This document shows, piece after piece, positions 28,782-39,820 of a stretch of DNA of 64,000 bases. The DNA is from a virus. A program made the position numbers and the translations under genes. The notes below the pieces were generated by a model. It did not search any database. It saw nothing but the letters and a program-made list of their open reading frames with translations, and had not been told where the DNA came from. Every line of letters begins with the position of its first letter. Position 1 is the first letter of the stretch. Location of the stretch: the IMG/VR virus record IMGVR_UViG_3300009448_000011, positions 41,688-105,687 of that record; one strand, given 5' to 3'.

Positions 28782-29238
28782 TAAAAAGGTTATTTATACT
28801 AGCAGGATACTCATCTAACTTAACAATATCTCCTTCTATTTTAATAACTTCTTCTTTATTAATAATAGTTAAATATAATTCATCCCATATATTTAATGTT
28901 TGTTTATATATCGAACCTCCTCCTATAATAAAAATATCTTTAGTAGGATATTTTAATTGGGCGCTTTCTATTGCATAAAAAATATCTGTAAAAACACAAG
29001 CATGAGTATTTTCTATTAAATTAAAAGTTCCAGTTTTACTTATTACATAATTTATTCTATTAGGTAAGCACTTTTTACCCAAACTTTCCCAAGTATTTCG
29101 ACCCATGATTACGACATTATTAGTAGTAAGCTGTTTAAAATGTTTTAAATCTTCAGAAACATTCCAAGGAATAGAGTTATTACAACCAATAATTCCATCT
29201 TCATTTATAGCAACAATTGCAATAATTTTAGTACTCAT
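28684..29238 (-). CDS. folA: Dihydrofolate reductase
   Basis: IPWNVSEDLKHFK, VIMGRNTWESL, LPNRINYVIS, IIGGGSIY. Confidence 0.93.
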   Translation of the reverse strand: MSTKIIAIVAINEDGIIGCNNSIPWNVSEDLKHFKQLTTNNVVIMGRNTWESLGKKCLPNRINYVISKTGTFNLIENTHACVFTDIFYAIESAQLKYPTKDIFIIGGGSIYKQTLNIWDELYLTIINKEEVIKIEGDIVKLDEYPASINNLFSEVNSYATKCATYKKYQRKVIIKVNKKRVLYS

Positions 29239-29635
29239 CCTAATTCTTAATAATAGTTAAACTCATGTGTTTCCTCATTAAATACCAGTAAATTACCCTT
29301 ATATTTTTTTAAAGATTGTCGTACAGGGGTATATTCTTTTGTATTTTTTGTTTTTAATTTGGCAATTGCCAGACGTAAACTAGTCATTAAATCATCAGAC
29401 ATAATATTAATTCCTTATTTTTAAAAATTGATATTATATTCCGTTCAGTCTTTCCTCAAAATAACAGGAAGATTGTTATGAACAAAAGGAATATAATAAT
29501 TTTGTTTATTGTGTATTTTGTACAAAGCAACATCATAAAAGTGGATATGTTTATGTACTACCCAAACACCCCACAAATTTTCCAATTCAATCTCATCCGT
29601 AAGTCTAAATGTATCATTAATATCTATCATAGAAA

Positions 29636-30454
29636 TTAAAGAGCCAAAGGTAATTTAATAATAGGGCCACTTTGATAATTAATTAATTTAAAGTGATCTA
29701 AAGTAAAATCTTGAATATTGTTAACAATATCAATTATTTCGACTTGAGGATTTGAATAAGATTTGCGTTCCATAGATTTAAGGGGCTCGATATGATTATT
29801 ATAAATATGTAAATCATTCATATAATAAGTAAGAGTACCAGGTATTTTATTAGTAAGAATAGACAACATAATAAGTAGAAGGGAATAACTAACCCAATTA
29901 TGTTGTAGTCCACAACCTACGTCATTGGAACGCTGTAAAGTAGACATATGTAGTACATTATTATTATCAACTATTAATTGAGTAGTTAAACCATGACAAA
30001 CATATAAGCTACCTAAGTCAGCGTGGGAAGGATTATAAGTAGTCAATAAAATACGTCTACTAAAAGGGGAGGTTTTAATAGTATGAATAACATTATGTAA
30101 TTGATTAATGCCTTGATGATTAAAATCAGTAAGTTGAGTGCCGTACATAGGACCTATTGTGCCATCGTTTTGAGCAAAATCTTGCCACCACTTATAAGCA
30201 GAACCGCCATAGGATTTTAAATCTGCTATAGAATTACTACCACTAATAAACCAAAGTAATTCTCTTAAAGTATTTTTAAAAGAAGCATGTTTACAAGTAA
30301 TAAGAGGAAAACTTTGCATTAAATTAAACTTAACCATATGGCCAAATATTCGTTTAGTACCGACACCGGTTCTATCGTTATGATCTTCGCCATAAGTTAA
30401 AATCGCGTCAATTATATCAAAATAAGCTTGATCTGCGGGGGTAATTTCATTCAT
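29636..30454 (-). CDS. thyA: Thymidylate synthase
   Basis: DRTGVGT, ELLWFISG, GPMYG, VCH, QRSND, DLHIYNNH. Confidence 0.93.
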   Translation of the reverse strand: MNEITPADQAYFDIIDAILTYGEDHNDRTGVGTKRIFGHMVKFNLMQSFPLITCKHASFKNTLRELLWFISGSNSIADLKSYGGSAYKWWQDFAQNDGTIGPMYGTQLTDFNHQGINQLHNVIHTIKTSPFSRRILLTTYNPSHADLGSLYVCHGLTTQLIVDNNNVLHMSTLQRSNDVGCGLQHNWVSYSLLLIMLSILTNKIPGTLTYYMNDLHIYNNHIEPLKSMERKSYSNPQVEIIDIVNNIQDFTLDHFKLINYQSGPIIKLPLAL

Positions 30455-30526
30455 ATATGATTACTAATTACTATATTTTTTTTCTTATTATAATAGGAAC
30501 AACTTAATTACTTATATATATATATT

Positions 30527-31309
30527 ATGTCTAGACGTAAAAAAGCTCAAGCCTTTATTGAACAAGCTCACGCTAATTTTACTAATGAAAATGCAAAGTT
30601 ATATTCAGCGCATTCAAAAATAGAAACTACAACATATATAAGAAGTGTTAATGTTCACCAAAAACAATTTGTTAAATCAATTAAAAACAATATTTTAACG
30701 TTAGGCAGTGCTCCTGCGGGTTGTGGAAAAACCCTATTAGCGTTATTTACAGGAATACAACTAATTAATGATAAAGAATCTCCCATTGAAAAAATCTTAT
30801 ATGTTAGGGCTAACATTGATGATAGAGAAGAAAAAGAGTTAGGGGCGCTACCCGGGGAACTTTTAGATAAAACTAAACATTTAGCTTACCCCATCCTAGA
30901 TAATTTAGAAATGTTTATGAAAAAAGAAGCAGTAGAGAGTGCCTTAACTTCTTCTAAAATAGAAGTACTTCCTTTCCAAATGATGAGAGGTAGAAGTTTT
31001 CATAATACATTTGTAATACTTGACGAAACACAAAACGCAACAAAAAAACAATTAAAAACATTAATGACGAGGTTATGTGAAACATCGAAATTAATAATTA
31101 TTGGAGATCCAAGCCAATGTGATATAGATGCGTTTAAGAATGGATTAATTGATTTAGAATGGCGGTTAAATAAAAAAGCAAATACAAGTATTACAGAAGA
31201 AAACAAATATCAAGCACAAGTTAATTATGGAGTAATACACTTTGATTATGAAGATATACTTAGATCAGAGTTAACCAAATTTGCAATAGATTTATATAAT
31301 ATTAAGTAG
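30527..31309 (+). CDS. phoH: PhoH family protein
   Basis: APAGCGKT, MRGRSF, LDETQN, TRL, GDPSQCD. Confidence 0.92.
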   Translation: MSRRKKAQAFIEQAHANFTNENAKLYSAHSKIETTTYIRSVNVHQKQFVKSIKNNILTLGSAPAGCGKTLLALFTGIQLINDKESPIEKILYVRANIDDREEKELGALPGELLDKTKHLAYPILDNLEMFMKKEAVESALTSSKIEVLPFQMMRGRSFHNTFVILDETQNATKKQLKTLMTRLCETSKLIIIGDPSQCDIDAFKNGLIDLEWRLNKKANTSITEENKYQAQVNYGVIHFDYEDILRSELTKFAIDLYNIK

Positions 31310-31373
31310 TCAATCCTAGCTAGTGATATACTTAGGGAGTCAATAAATACACTTTTTATAAAAATACAAAATA

Positions 31374-32885
31374 ATGGTAGATCCGTTAAAAATTGCGGTC
31401 AAAGGAAGTCCTTTAACTTGTGATGAATTTGATGAAGCATTAGACATATTACAAAATAGAGCTAACCACGTAGGAACTCAAAGTTGTAATACTATTAATG
31501 ATTTAGATGTATGTTTAATAACTTCTAGTACAGTAATTGCTATTAATACATCTATAAGCCAAACAACAGCAAGAGTAACTAATTTAGAAAATACATTATC
31601 TGCTAGTGGGAGTATTGCTAATGATTTAAATACATTGGAAGCAACATTAACGGCAGATATAAATCAAAATAGAGCGTCTATTACTGCGCTTGAAACAGAA
31701 GTTGATTTATTACAAACTAATGTACAAGGAGTTGAATTTAATTTAGCCAGCCTAACTACGTTAGTTACTAGTAATAAATCTGATTTAGAAATTCAGATAG
31801 ATAATGTTGAAGCAGTTAATGTTACACAAAATGCTCGATTAACCACAGTAGAAAATAGAGCTACTGTATTAAATAGTAATATATTAAGTGAAGCAGCAGC
31901 GAGACAATTAAAAGATAATAGTCTTCAAGCAGAAGTAGATGCAGAAGAAATTAATAGAATTAACGATATATCTACGGTGAATTTAAGTATTGTAGATGAA
32001 ATTACTGCAAGGACTGCAGGAGACGTAAGTTTAAATAATAGTATTACTGCTACAAATCTTGCAATTGACACTAAAATACTTACTGAAAAAAATGCACGTA
32101 TTGCGGCGGATGCAAATTTACAAGTAGAAATTAATAATTTAGCTAGTTCTTTAACTAATGCAATACCTACAGGGACCATATTACCTTATGCAGGTAATTT
32201 TAATACTATACCTAGTGGATATTTATTATGCGCAGGGGCTGCAATTTCTCGTACAACGTATTCTAATCTGTTTAATATTATAAATACTAGATACGGAATA
32301 GGAAATGGAACAACTACGTTTAATATTCCTGATTTAAGAGATAAAACTTTATATGGGGCTTTTGCGGGCAACTTAGATAGTTCGCCCCCAATAATAGGCG
32401 AGAATGTTAAAGCTATTACAGTAGGAAACTTACCACCTCATAGCCATACAGTATCTGCAGGAAATCATAGTCATGAAGTAGATACAGATCATTTCCATGG
32501 ATTATATATACATAATCATACCCATACTAGTGGTAATGTGGGAAGCCATAGTCATAGTTTAAATCCTTATCGTAAAGTAGCTTTGGGCGGAGGAAATAAT
32601 GATGAAGCAGGTGCAGAATTAACTACCATACCTGTTAATGATGGTAGTAGTAATGTTTATCCTAATACTGCTGCTGCGGTTGCTTCAGGACCAGTTATTA
32701 ATGCCTCACCTGTACAAATATATCCACCACCTTTCACAGGAATAAATAAAACAGACAATGGAGGAGGAGTTAAGGTAACAAACCTTAATGGAGGATATAC
32801 AACATCTACATCTACAATAGGGAGTAATGTTGATTTTGATGTTAGACAGGCAGGGTTACGTGTAAACTTTATGATTAAAAGCTAA
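31374..32885 (+). CDS. Tail fibre protein with collar domain
   Basis: Coiled-coil repeats, PTGTILPYAG..GYLLCAG..TTFNIPDLR collar motif, HxH repeats. Confidence 0.85.
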   Translation: MVDPLKIAVKGSPLTCDEFDEALDILQNRANHVGTQSCNTINDLDVCLITSSTVIAINTSISQTTARVTNLENTLSASGSIANDLNTLEATLTADINQNRASITALETEVDLLQTNVQGVEFNLASLTTLVTSNKSDLEIQIDNVEAVNVTQNARLTTVENRATVLNSNILSEAAARQLKDNSLQAEVDAEEINRINDISTVNLSIVDEITARTAGDVSLNNSITATNLAIDTKILTEKNARIAADANLQVEINNLASSLTNAIPTGTILPYAGNFNTIPSGYLLCAGAAISRTTYSNLFNIINTRYGIGNGTTTFNIPDLRDKTLYGAFAGNLDSSPPIIGENVKAITVGNLPPHSHTVSAGNHSHEVDTDHFHGLYIHNHTHTSGNVGSHSHSLNPYRKVALGGGNNDEAGAELTTIPVNDGSSNVYPNTAAAVASGPVINASPVQIYPPPFTGINKTDNGGGVKVTNLNGGYTTSTSTIGSNVDFDVRQAGLRVNFMIKS

Positions 32886-33478
32886 TGCATAAAACAATTA
32901 AATATTATAATGATAAATTTGATATTGATGGAATACAATTTCCAAATTCAATAGTTAAAACAACTAAACCGTCTTTTGCCTGCGAAGATGAAATAAAAGA
33001 ATTATTTTATAAAGAAGCGTCAGGTCAAAATCAAATAGTGTTTAAAGATGATTCTATAAAAAATATTTCTGATTTTGACCCTTTTTATAATGAATTAATA
33101 TTATTAGCTTCTTATTTTGAATTTGAATATAAAGAAATTTTATTTAAAGAAACTCAAATAATTATAGATAAACCGCTTCCTATTGTAGATTTTAAAGAAC
33201 TTTTTGCGCACGACATTACTGCAAAAAAACAAAGTATTAAGATAAAAATAGTAGAAGAATTAATAGGAAAAGAAATACTAACAGATAAATTTTATTTTAA
33301 TATCCTAGATAGATTGAAAAAAACTTTATTAATTCAAAGTGATTGGACTCAACTACCCGATGTTCAATCTTCTTTTTCTGATGAAGAAAAACAATCCTGG
33401 ATTATGTATAGGTTATCGTTACGTAATTTAGATAATGTTACAGATCCTTTAAAAGCAAGATTGCCTAAATACCCTTAA
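32885..33478 (+). CDS. Tail fibre assembly chaperone
   Basis: SDWTQLPDV...W..YR..LRNL...P. Confidence 0.75.
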   Translation: MHKTIKYYNDKFDIDGIQFPNSIVKTTKPSFACEDEIKELFYKEASGQNQIVFKDDSIKNISDFDPFYNELILLASYFEFEYKEILFKETQIIIDKPLPIVDFKELFAHDITAKKQSIKIKIVEELIGKEILTDKFYFNILDRLKKTLLIQSDWTQLPDVQSSFSDEEKQSWIMYRLSLRNLDNVTDPLKARLPKYP

Positions 33479-33489
33479 TTTCAACTTCA

Positions 33490-35856
33490 TTAAAACATTT
33501 TGTGAAGATTTAATTTGTGTTCCATTAAATTAATATAAAATAAAAAATCTTTTTCTTCTATACTAATTTCCGATTGAAAATAATTTTTAACACGGTAGTA
33601 TTTAAGAAAAGGAAGTTTAGTTAAATAATCCTGACATTCATTATATATATATATACATTCTTTTTGTATTTTTAAGGGTACTTTAAGGTCAACAAAAAGT
33701 TCATTATATCCTTTTTGTTGTAAACTTTTCTTCATTAATTGTAAATCATTATTAATTAATAAAGCATAGCTTTCTAATTCTTTATTGTTATTTAAATATT
33801 TTAGTGCTCCCTGATATTGATTATTTAAGTAACCAAATAAACTATTTTTTTCAGACAAGTTTTTATAATTAAAAAGAAGAAAAACTTCTTGATGATTTTG
33901 GAAGTAATAGTAAATAAAAAGATTTAGGCCTAAGAGATTTAAATTAGATTGATGAATTAAATAATCTTGTTTAATAACGTCTAACAAATTAACCCAATTA
34001 GAGCTAGTGAAATTCTTAGTTAAAGTAGGGATATAGTAAATATTAGATATAGAAATTTTTTTATAAATTAAATAGTTATTTAATCTTTCTATAAAATTTT
34101 GGATAACTTCTGGATATCTAGTAGTAATACCTAAATTTAGAAAAGGCACTAAATTCTGGGATAATTCTTCTTCATTTAAAAAATAACAAGTGCGAAGGGG
34201 AGCTTTTAACACTTTTATTTCTTTACACCACGCGCCTAAACCTCGAGCTCTTTCTCTTTGTTTAGTTTTGTGTAATTGTAATATAGTAAATACATTTGTA
34301 TTAGAAGGTTTTTTTTTAACAAAAGGATTATCTTCATTAAATTCTTTAATAATATTAGATAAATATACTGTATCTAAAGTTCTAAGAATCCATGGTTGTA
34401 CTTTATCTAAATCTACAGAAGAAACACAAATAAAATTAGTGTCACTTAATTGTTCCCTATTTTTTTGGATATAAGCTTTTAAATATTTTTTATAATTATT
34501 ATATTTACTATCTTGTACACATAATATATACTTATTTTTTCCTGTATAAATAGTACTAGTTTGTATTTTATTTAATACATCAATTTCTTTAGATTTTAAT
34601 TTAGACCAGGATTTATCTAATTTATAGACTTTAAAAGTATCAGGGAGTTCTTTTTCGATAAAAATAGCATAAAACTTATCAAAAGAAAGGTTTTCAGGTT
34701 GCCAAGTTAATAAACTTAAAAATTTTGTACGTAATATATTAGGATAATTTACATAAGAAATAGTTGCGGAAATAAAGTCAGGGTTATGAATTAAATCAAT
34801 ACGCAAATATTTATAAAATTCTATAAAAAAAAGATATAAATATTGATAAAGTTCTAAGCAAGTTTTTTTAGTATATTGTAAATTTTCTCTAGAGGCAGAA
34901 ATATCTAAAGTACCTATAGGGACGTTAATCTCAAAAGAATACAAACATAAAACGTCAATAAATGTAAAAAACAACTCAGTATTTTTTAGATTGTCTATGT
35001 AATAAGGACAATTAGTAGTTATATAATATAAAACTTCGGGTGTAATATTACTAAAAGAACTTTTTAATAATTCTAAATCTAATTTATAAGGAATATCATA
35101 TATAACGACTACGTGTTTACAACCGTGTTTAGCTTCCCAATAATTAGTATCTACTAATAATAACGACCATAGTTTACCAAAATAGTTATAAGTATTTGTT
35201 TTTAAAGTTAAACGAGCTTCTAAAGTTTTATTTAAAAAATTAAACTTACTTTTAGTATATGTTAAATACAAAGATAAGCTTTTGAAAATATGAGTTAAAT
35301 CTTTTGTATTAAAAGGAACACTAACTTTTGTTCCAGGTAAAAACTCAATAATATTACTATCATTTTCTTCTAATAAAGTTAAAGAGCCTACCCGAGACTC
35401 ATCAATATATTGAACCCATTTTCTATAAATATTTATATTATTTTCTACAGTATAAGTTTCAATCCAAAAATGATCAGAATAAGCTAAAGCAGATTTACTA
35501 CCTAAGCCCCAACCACCTTGAAGATTATTATCTTCTCTTTTATCAGATTTTCCCATTTTAGAATACACATTAAAAATAATATCTTTATCCATAGAGTGGC
35601 CATAATCTCTTATAGAAAAGATATTAGACCCAAAGAGATATTCAATATTAATATCTATGGGAAGATCTATGTTAGCTTTTGTATGCGCGTCTACTGCATT
35701 GCTATAGAGTTCTCGTACAAAAGAAGAAATAGGATCTGTATAAATATTATTCCTCAATAAATTCATAATAGTTGAGGTATTTTCTAAATCTAGACTCATT
35801 TGTGTAGAAAGTTTCCCTTCAAAATGTCTAGACGTATTAACATTATTTAATTTCAT
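33490..35856 (-). CDS. rIIA-like GHKL/HSP90-type ATPase protein
   Basis: IYTDP..VRELYSNAVDAH, IRDYG, GGWGLGSKS, SASRENL. Confidence 0.8.
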   Translation of the reverse strand: MKLNNVNTSRHFEGKLSTQMSLDLENTSTIMNLLRNNIYTDPISSFVRELYSNAVDAHTKANIDLPIDINIEYLFGSNIFSIRDYGHSMDKDIIFNVYSKMGKSDKREDNNLQGGWGLGSKSALAYSDHFWIETYTVENNINIYRKWVQYIDESRVGSLTLLEENDSNIIEFLPGTKVSVPFNTKDLTHIFKSLSLYLTYTKSKFNFLNKTLEARLTLKTNTYNYFGKLWSLLLVDTNYWEAKHGCKHVVVIYDIPYKLDLELLKSSFSNITPEVLYYITTNCPYYIDNLKNTELFFTFIDVLCLYSFEINVPIGTLDISASRENLQYTKKTCLELYQYLYLFFIEFYKYLRIDLIHNPDFISATISYVNYPNILRTKFLSLLTWQPENLSFDKFYAIFIEKELPDTFKVYKLDKSWSKLKSKEIDVLNKIQTSTIYTGKNKYILCVQDSKYNNYKKYLKAYIQKNREQLSDTNFICVSSVDLDKVQPWILRTLDTVYLSNIIKEFNEDNPFVKKKPSNTNVFTILQLHKTKQRERARGLGAWCKEIKVLKAPLRTCYFLNEEELSQNLVPFLNLGITTRYPEVIQNFIERLNNYLIYKKISISNIYYIPTLTKNFTSSNWVNLLDVIKQDYLIHQSNLNLLGLNLFIYYYFQNHQEVFLLFNYKNLSEKNSLFGYLNNQYQGALKYLNNNKELESYALLINNDLQLMKKSLQQKGYNELFVDLKVPLKIQKECIYIYNECQDYLTKLPFLKYYRVKNYFQSEISIEEKDFLFYINLMEHKLNLHKMF

Positions 35857-35912
35857 TTGTAAAATTTGTTAAAAATATTAAAGAAGGTTTCAATACGACC
35901 TTCCTTAATAAT

Positions 35913-38285
35913 TTAAGTTTTAATAATATATAGTGCTTTACCGGCAGTTTTAGGAACTTCCACTGTTGTATTAATGACCCACAATAAATTAGTATTTTTA
36001 ATTTGGGAAGCAGTAGGAAAAACACAATAACCATCTGAAGCAATAATGCTTAAAATAGGGGTATATTTTTTAATACCGTAAAGTAGAGGAGTTACCATAT
36101 CAGTGCCCCCACCACCTTCAGCGCGAATCCACCCGTTTTTAATTTTATCTAAAAAGTTAGCGCCATCAGCTTTAACAATATATTCACTACGAACTTTTGT
36201 ATCTGCAAAAATCAAAGCAATTTCTACATTAGTTTGTGTTTGAACATTTTGTATTTCTGTACAAAACATAGTTAATTCTTCTTCATTAAAACAAGAACCA
36301 CTAGTATCTATTATTACTAACATTTTATCTAGACCCTTTTTATTTAAAAGACCAGGCATATAAACATTAGGGTTAGGTAAAGAGCCCATTCTTCTTGCAG
36401 GTTTACTCCACGTTTGTTCTAAAACAGGCATACACCTTTTAATTAAATATTTACGTAATTCTACATGCCAAGAAATTTGAGGTTTATAAACATCAGGATT
36501 AACTTTACCTAATATAGAATTGTTAGAATTAAGTGATTGAGCTTTAGCCCTATTATATCTTTGTGTCCATTGAAAATCATCTATTTGTGAAGAAGTAGAA
36601 TCTTCTTTATTGGCTTCTTTTATATCATCGCCTGCAAATAATGTATGTTTGCTTGCTAATTTTTTAGATAATTCTTCTACTTCTTTTTCTAATTTTTCTA
36701 ATACACTTTCTTCATTATTAGAAGAATCAGGAGGTTTTTTACTATTATTAGCCTTGCCCCCTTTTTTTTTATTTTGGGACTTTGACTGATTTTCTACTTG
36801 TTTTTGTAAATTATCTCGTAATGTTTTAATTAAATATTCATATAAACTTTCTGAGGTCCAGTGACTAAAATGTTTTCTTTCACTTTGCGCAATATTACAC
36901 TCAGAATATATACTCTCTAAATTAACTACTTCTTTTTTATTTAAATATAAATAGGAGGGTGATCCTACTTTTTGTTCATCTTTAAATCCAATACTTTCAT
37001 TTATAATTGCATCACAATTATGAGTCACTACATTACTTGCAAGATATATGTGCGTTTCAGTTTCAATGTTATACACTAATCCTTCATAATATTGCTTAGA
37101 AATATGTTTAATAGGAGTTAATATATAATCCTTAGTAGTTTTCCATATTTGACTATTATTTACATTTCTAGAAGATTTAGTAGTTTTAATATATGACAGT
37201 AAATAGCCACTTTCTACATAATCAATAGTTAAAAATTTATTATGTTTTGCAAATAATAATTGTAATTGTCTAGCTAATAAATTTGAAGATGTCCACGCAG
37301 TTAATTTATTTTTATTTCGGTGCCCTTCCCCATCAAAATAACCTTTAATAAAACTAGCAGTTAAATTATTAGGTAAATCTAAAAGCCAATTCGGCAATTC
37401 TGTTTTTTCTTTTATTAAAATTGAATTACAAATAGATACAATATAATAATAGTAGGAAAGAAAAGTAGAAGAAATTAAGGCTAAAGAATTAAAATAAGAT
37501 GAGATTCGATTATTTGGAATTAAATCAAAAGAACCTTTAGCCAGAAAATAGCCTATGGAATATAATAAATCATTTGTAAGGAGAAAGTTAGAAGGAAAAG
37601 GAGGGAGAATAGGAGGAATTAAAGAAGAATGAAGTTTAGGGATACATAAATAATCTTGAGTAATATTTAACTCTTGTGCTGTTTTCCAACTATAATTAAT
37701 TTGGTTATTAGAGTTAAAGTTAGCAACGTAAAAAGGATGATCTTGGGTAGCTTCAATATTCAAACAACCAGTGGGTTTAATAGTATACATATCATCTTGA
37801 TATATATTTTCCATAGTGTTTGTAATAGTGCCGCCAACTAAAGTGGTATCGCCTATGATTAAATCTTCTATATTCTTGAAACCTTCTAAGGTAAGAATAG
37901 GTTCTCCTGGTTTAAAACAAGCAATATTATATAAATTGCTAATTCTTTTTTTACCACGTATACAATGTCTAAATACAATATGAAGCATTTCATGAATAAT
38001 AACTGCACATTGTACAGGAATTTCTAATGAAAAAAATCTATCAGCAAAAAACATTTCATCGCCATTAGTATAAGCCACCTGTTCAAAATAAGGGTGAGAA
38101 TCAGGGACTACAGAACTAGGAACAAAAGTCAATAAGCCTTGTAGAGAATTATCTTCACATATAATACGAGCTCTTAAATTATGTAAAATCCTAATTTTTT
38201 TATCATAAGAAATATTAGAAGGAGGAAAACTATCTGCTAATTTTTCATCAGACATAGAAAATAAAGAAGTTTCAATCATAGTCAA
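35913..38285 (-). CDS. DUF2201-type metallopeptidase-like/VWA protein with intein
   Basis: AYTNG, HEMLH, NIA|CDAIIN, DTSGS, GGGGTD. Confidence 0.85.
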   Translation of the reverse strand: MTMIETSLFSMSDEKLADSFPPSNISYDKKIRILHNLRARIICEDNSLQGLLTFVPSSVVPDSHPYFEQVAYTNGDEMFFADRFFSLEIPVQCAVIIHEMLHIVFRHCIRGKKRISNLYNIACFKPGEPILTLEGFKNIEDLIIGDTTLVGGTITNTMENIYQDDMYTIKPTGCLNIEATQDHPFYVANFNSNNQINYSWKTAQELNITQDYLCIPKLHSSLIPPILPPFPSNFLLTNDLLYSIGYFLAKGSFDLIPNNRISSYFNSLALISSTFLSYYYYIVSICNSILIKEKTELPNWLLDLPNNLTASFIKGYFDGEGHRNKNKLTAWTSSNLLARQLQLLFAKHNKFLTIDYVESGYLLSYIKTTKSSRNVNNSQIWKTTKDYILTPIKHISKQYYEGLVYNIETETHIYLASNVVTHNCDAIINESIGFKDEQKVGSPSYLYLNKKEVVNLESIYSECNIAQSERKHFSHWTSESLYEYLIKTLRDNLQKQVENQSKSQNKKKGGKANNSKKPPDSSNNEESVLEKLEKEVEELSKKLASKHTLFAGDDIKEANKEDSTSSQIDDFQWTQRYNRAKAQSLNSNNSILGKVNPDVYKPQISWHVELRKYLIKRCMPVLEQTWSKPARRMGSLPNPNVYMPGLLNKKGLDKMLVIIDTSGSCFNEEELTMFCTEIQNVQTQTNVEIALIFADTKVRSEYIVKADGANFLDKIKNGWIRAEGGGGTDMVTPLLYGIKKYTPILSIIASDGYCVFPTASQIKNTNLLWVINTTVEVPKTAGKALYIIKT
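37017..37919 (-). mobile_element. Intein (301 aa) with LAGLIDADG-like domain
   Basis: Starts CFKPG, has ATQDHPF and FIKGYFDGEG, ends VVTHN|C. Confidence 0.9.
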
Positions 38286-38685
38286 TTCCTAATAATTCTG
38301 TTAAAGCAAACTGAGCATCAAATAATTGAATAGTGTTAGGTCTACTAAACTCAAATAAATATTGTTGAAATACGCCTAAAGATTTTTCATAATATTTTTC
38401 AACAATAGCATTTACAATAAGTTTTTCATCAAATAAAAAAGTAATTTCTTGGTATTGAGCTGCGGTGCCTAAATAGACAGTAAATCTAATAGTAGGATCT
38501 ACTACATCAACTCCCTGACTATTTTGATAAGTAGGAAAAAATATCAAAACAGCAAATTTTACTATATCTTCGTGTGTAAAATTACGAGAAGATAGAATTT
38601 CATACCCTCGATTAGTAAAACTATAGTAAGCCAATAATTCTGCTATTACTTTTAATTTGTTTTTATATTCTAAGTTTTTTGTCAC
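38272..38685 (-). CDS. Hypothetical protein
   Basis: ORF between the AAA+ and VWA genes. Confidence 0.55.
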   Translation of the reverse strand: MTKNLEYKNKLKVIAELLAYYSFTNRGYEILSSRNFTHEDIVKFAVLIFFPTYQNSQGVDVVDPTIRFTVYLGTAAQYQEITFLFDEKLIVNAIVEKYYEKSLGVFQQYLFEFSRPNTIQLFDAQFALTELLGIDYD

Positions 38686-38715
38686 GGGGAGTTTCTCCTT
38701 ATATAATTTTAAAAA

Positions 38716-39507
38716 TTAAACAGATATTAAATCACTAAAAGCTTGCATATGTTCTTTGCGCATTGCTTTATATGCCTCAGACTTACCAATTTTGTAGGGT
38801 AGTTTTTTATTATCTATTTTTTGTGCTTTACTAAATAGAGTAATCACACTTGTCACTAAAATTTCTTTACGAGGTAAATTATCTTCAATACTTCCTAATA
38901 CATTAAATACATAACATGCCGCTATAAATTCTTCTTCTGTTTTACAATACGACGGTAATGAATAACTTAATCCATATAAACCAGTTATTTTAGTAGGAAG
39001 AATATTTTTAATTAAGCGATCATCTTGGAGGACACCTAGACGAATATATTCAGACATAGGGGCAAGGCTAGCTAATTCTTCAATAACAAAAAAGAATTCA
39101 TGAGCAGTAGCGGCGCCTAAAAGACCTGGTAAAATAATTTTTAATTGTTGTTCATCAGTAATTTTCTCCATAATATTGGAACATTTTTCCCATGAACGGC
39201 TAGAAGGATTAATTTTATCATCATTATCTGCGACTGATTTAAAACCTTCGTCAAGAAATTCAGGACGAGCTCTTAAAAAAGCTTTAATAGAAGGAATAAT
39301 AGGGCGGCCGTTTTCTGCGCGATGGGCTTCCCATTTTAACCAAGCATTTACAGAAGTCATTACGTCAAAATGAATAAAACGATCTGAGATAGCACTAGAT
39401 AACTCATAGGCTATAGCACCATCTTCTACTCTATTTCCTGCTGCAATAATCATTACATTATCAGGAACTTTATATTTATCAATTTTTCTATCTAATATTA
39501 ATTCGTA
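38716..39507 (-). CDS. MoxR-like AAA+ ATPase, exon 2
   Basis: YELILDR, IAAGNR, DRF, SSRSWE. Confidence 0.88.
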   Translation of the reverse strand, partial: YELILDRKIDKYKVPDNVMIIAAGNRVEDGAIAYELSSAISDRFIHFDVMTSVNAWLKWEAHRAENGRPIIPSIKAFLRARPEFLDEGFKSVADNDDKINPSSRSWEKCSNIMEKITDEQQLKIILPGLLGAATAHEFFFVIEELASLAPMSEYIRLGVLQDDRLIKNILPTKITGLYGLSYSLPSYCKTEEEFIAACYVFNVLGSIEDNLPRKEILVTSVITLFSKAQKIDNKKLPYKIGKSEAYKAMRKEHMQAFSDLISV

Positions 39508-39752
39508 CATTAATATACCTTTAATTTTCATTAAAGAACGGAATACATTTTAATCTTTACTATATTTATATAGTATTAAGACTTGGACACTCTAGGTAAA
39601 ATTATAGTCTGTTTAACTTAAGACATCATTTACTACTCTCTACATTATTATTAAACATTACTTTAATAATTAACACGGGATTACCTTATAGTTTCCTACT
39701 TAGGTTTCCCCGTTAGCCTAATCTCTATTTGTTCTTTTTTGATTAAACCCTA

Positions 39753-39781
39753 TTGACTTATTAAAACCAATACATTATAAT
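39753..39781 (+). promoter_or_regulatory. Sigma70-type promoter of cassette copy 4
   Basis: TTGACT-17 nt-TATAAT. Confidence 0.8.
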
Positions 39782-39820
39782 ATATTTAAATACACACACA
39801 TTTACAAATAAGAAATTCAA

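Noticed and set aside
39508-39531. ORF-track start MKIKGILM of 38716-39531
   Set aside because: This is the intron 3' end (P9 and omega-G), not protein sequence.
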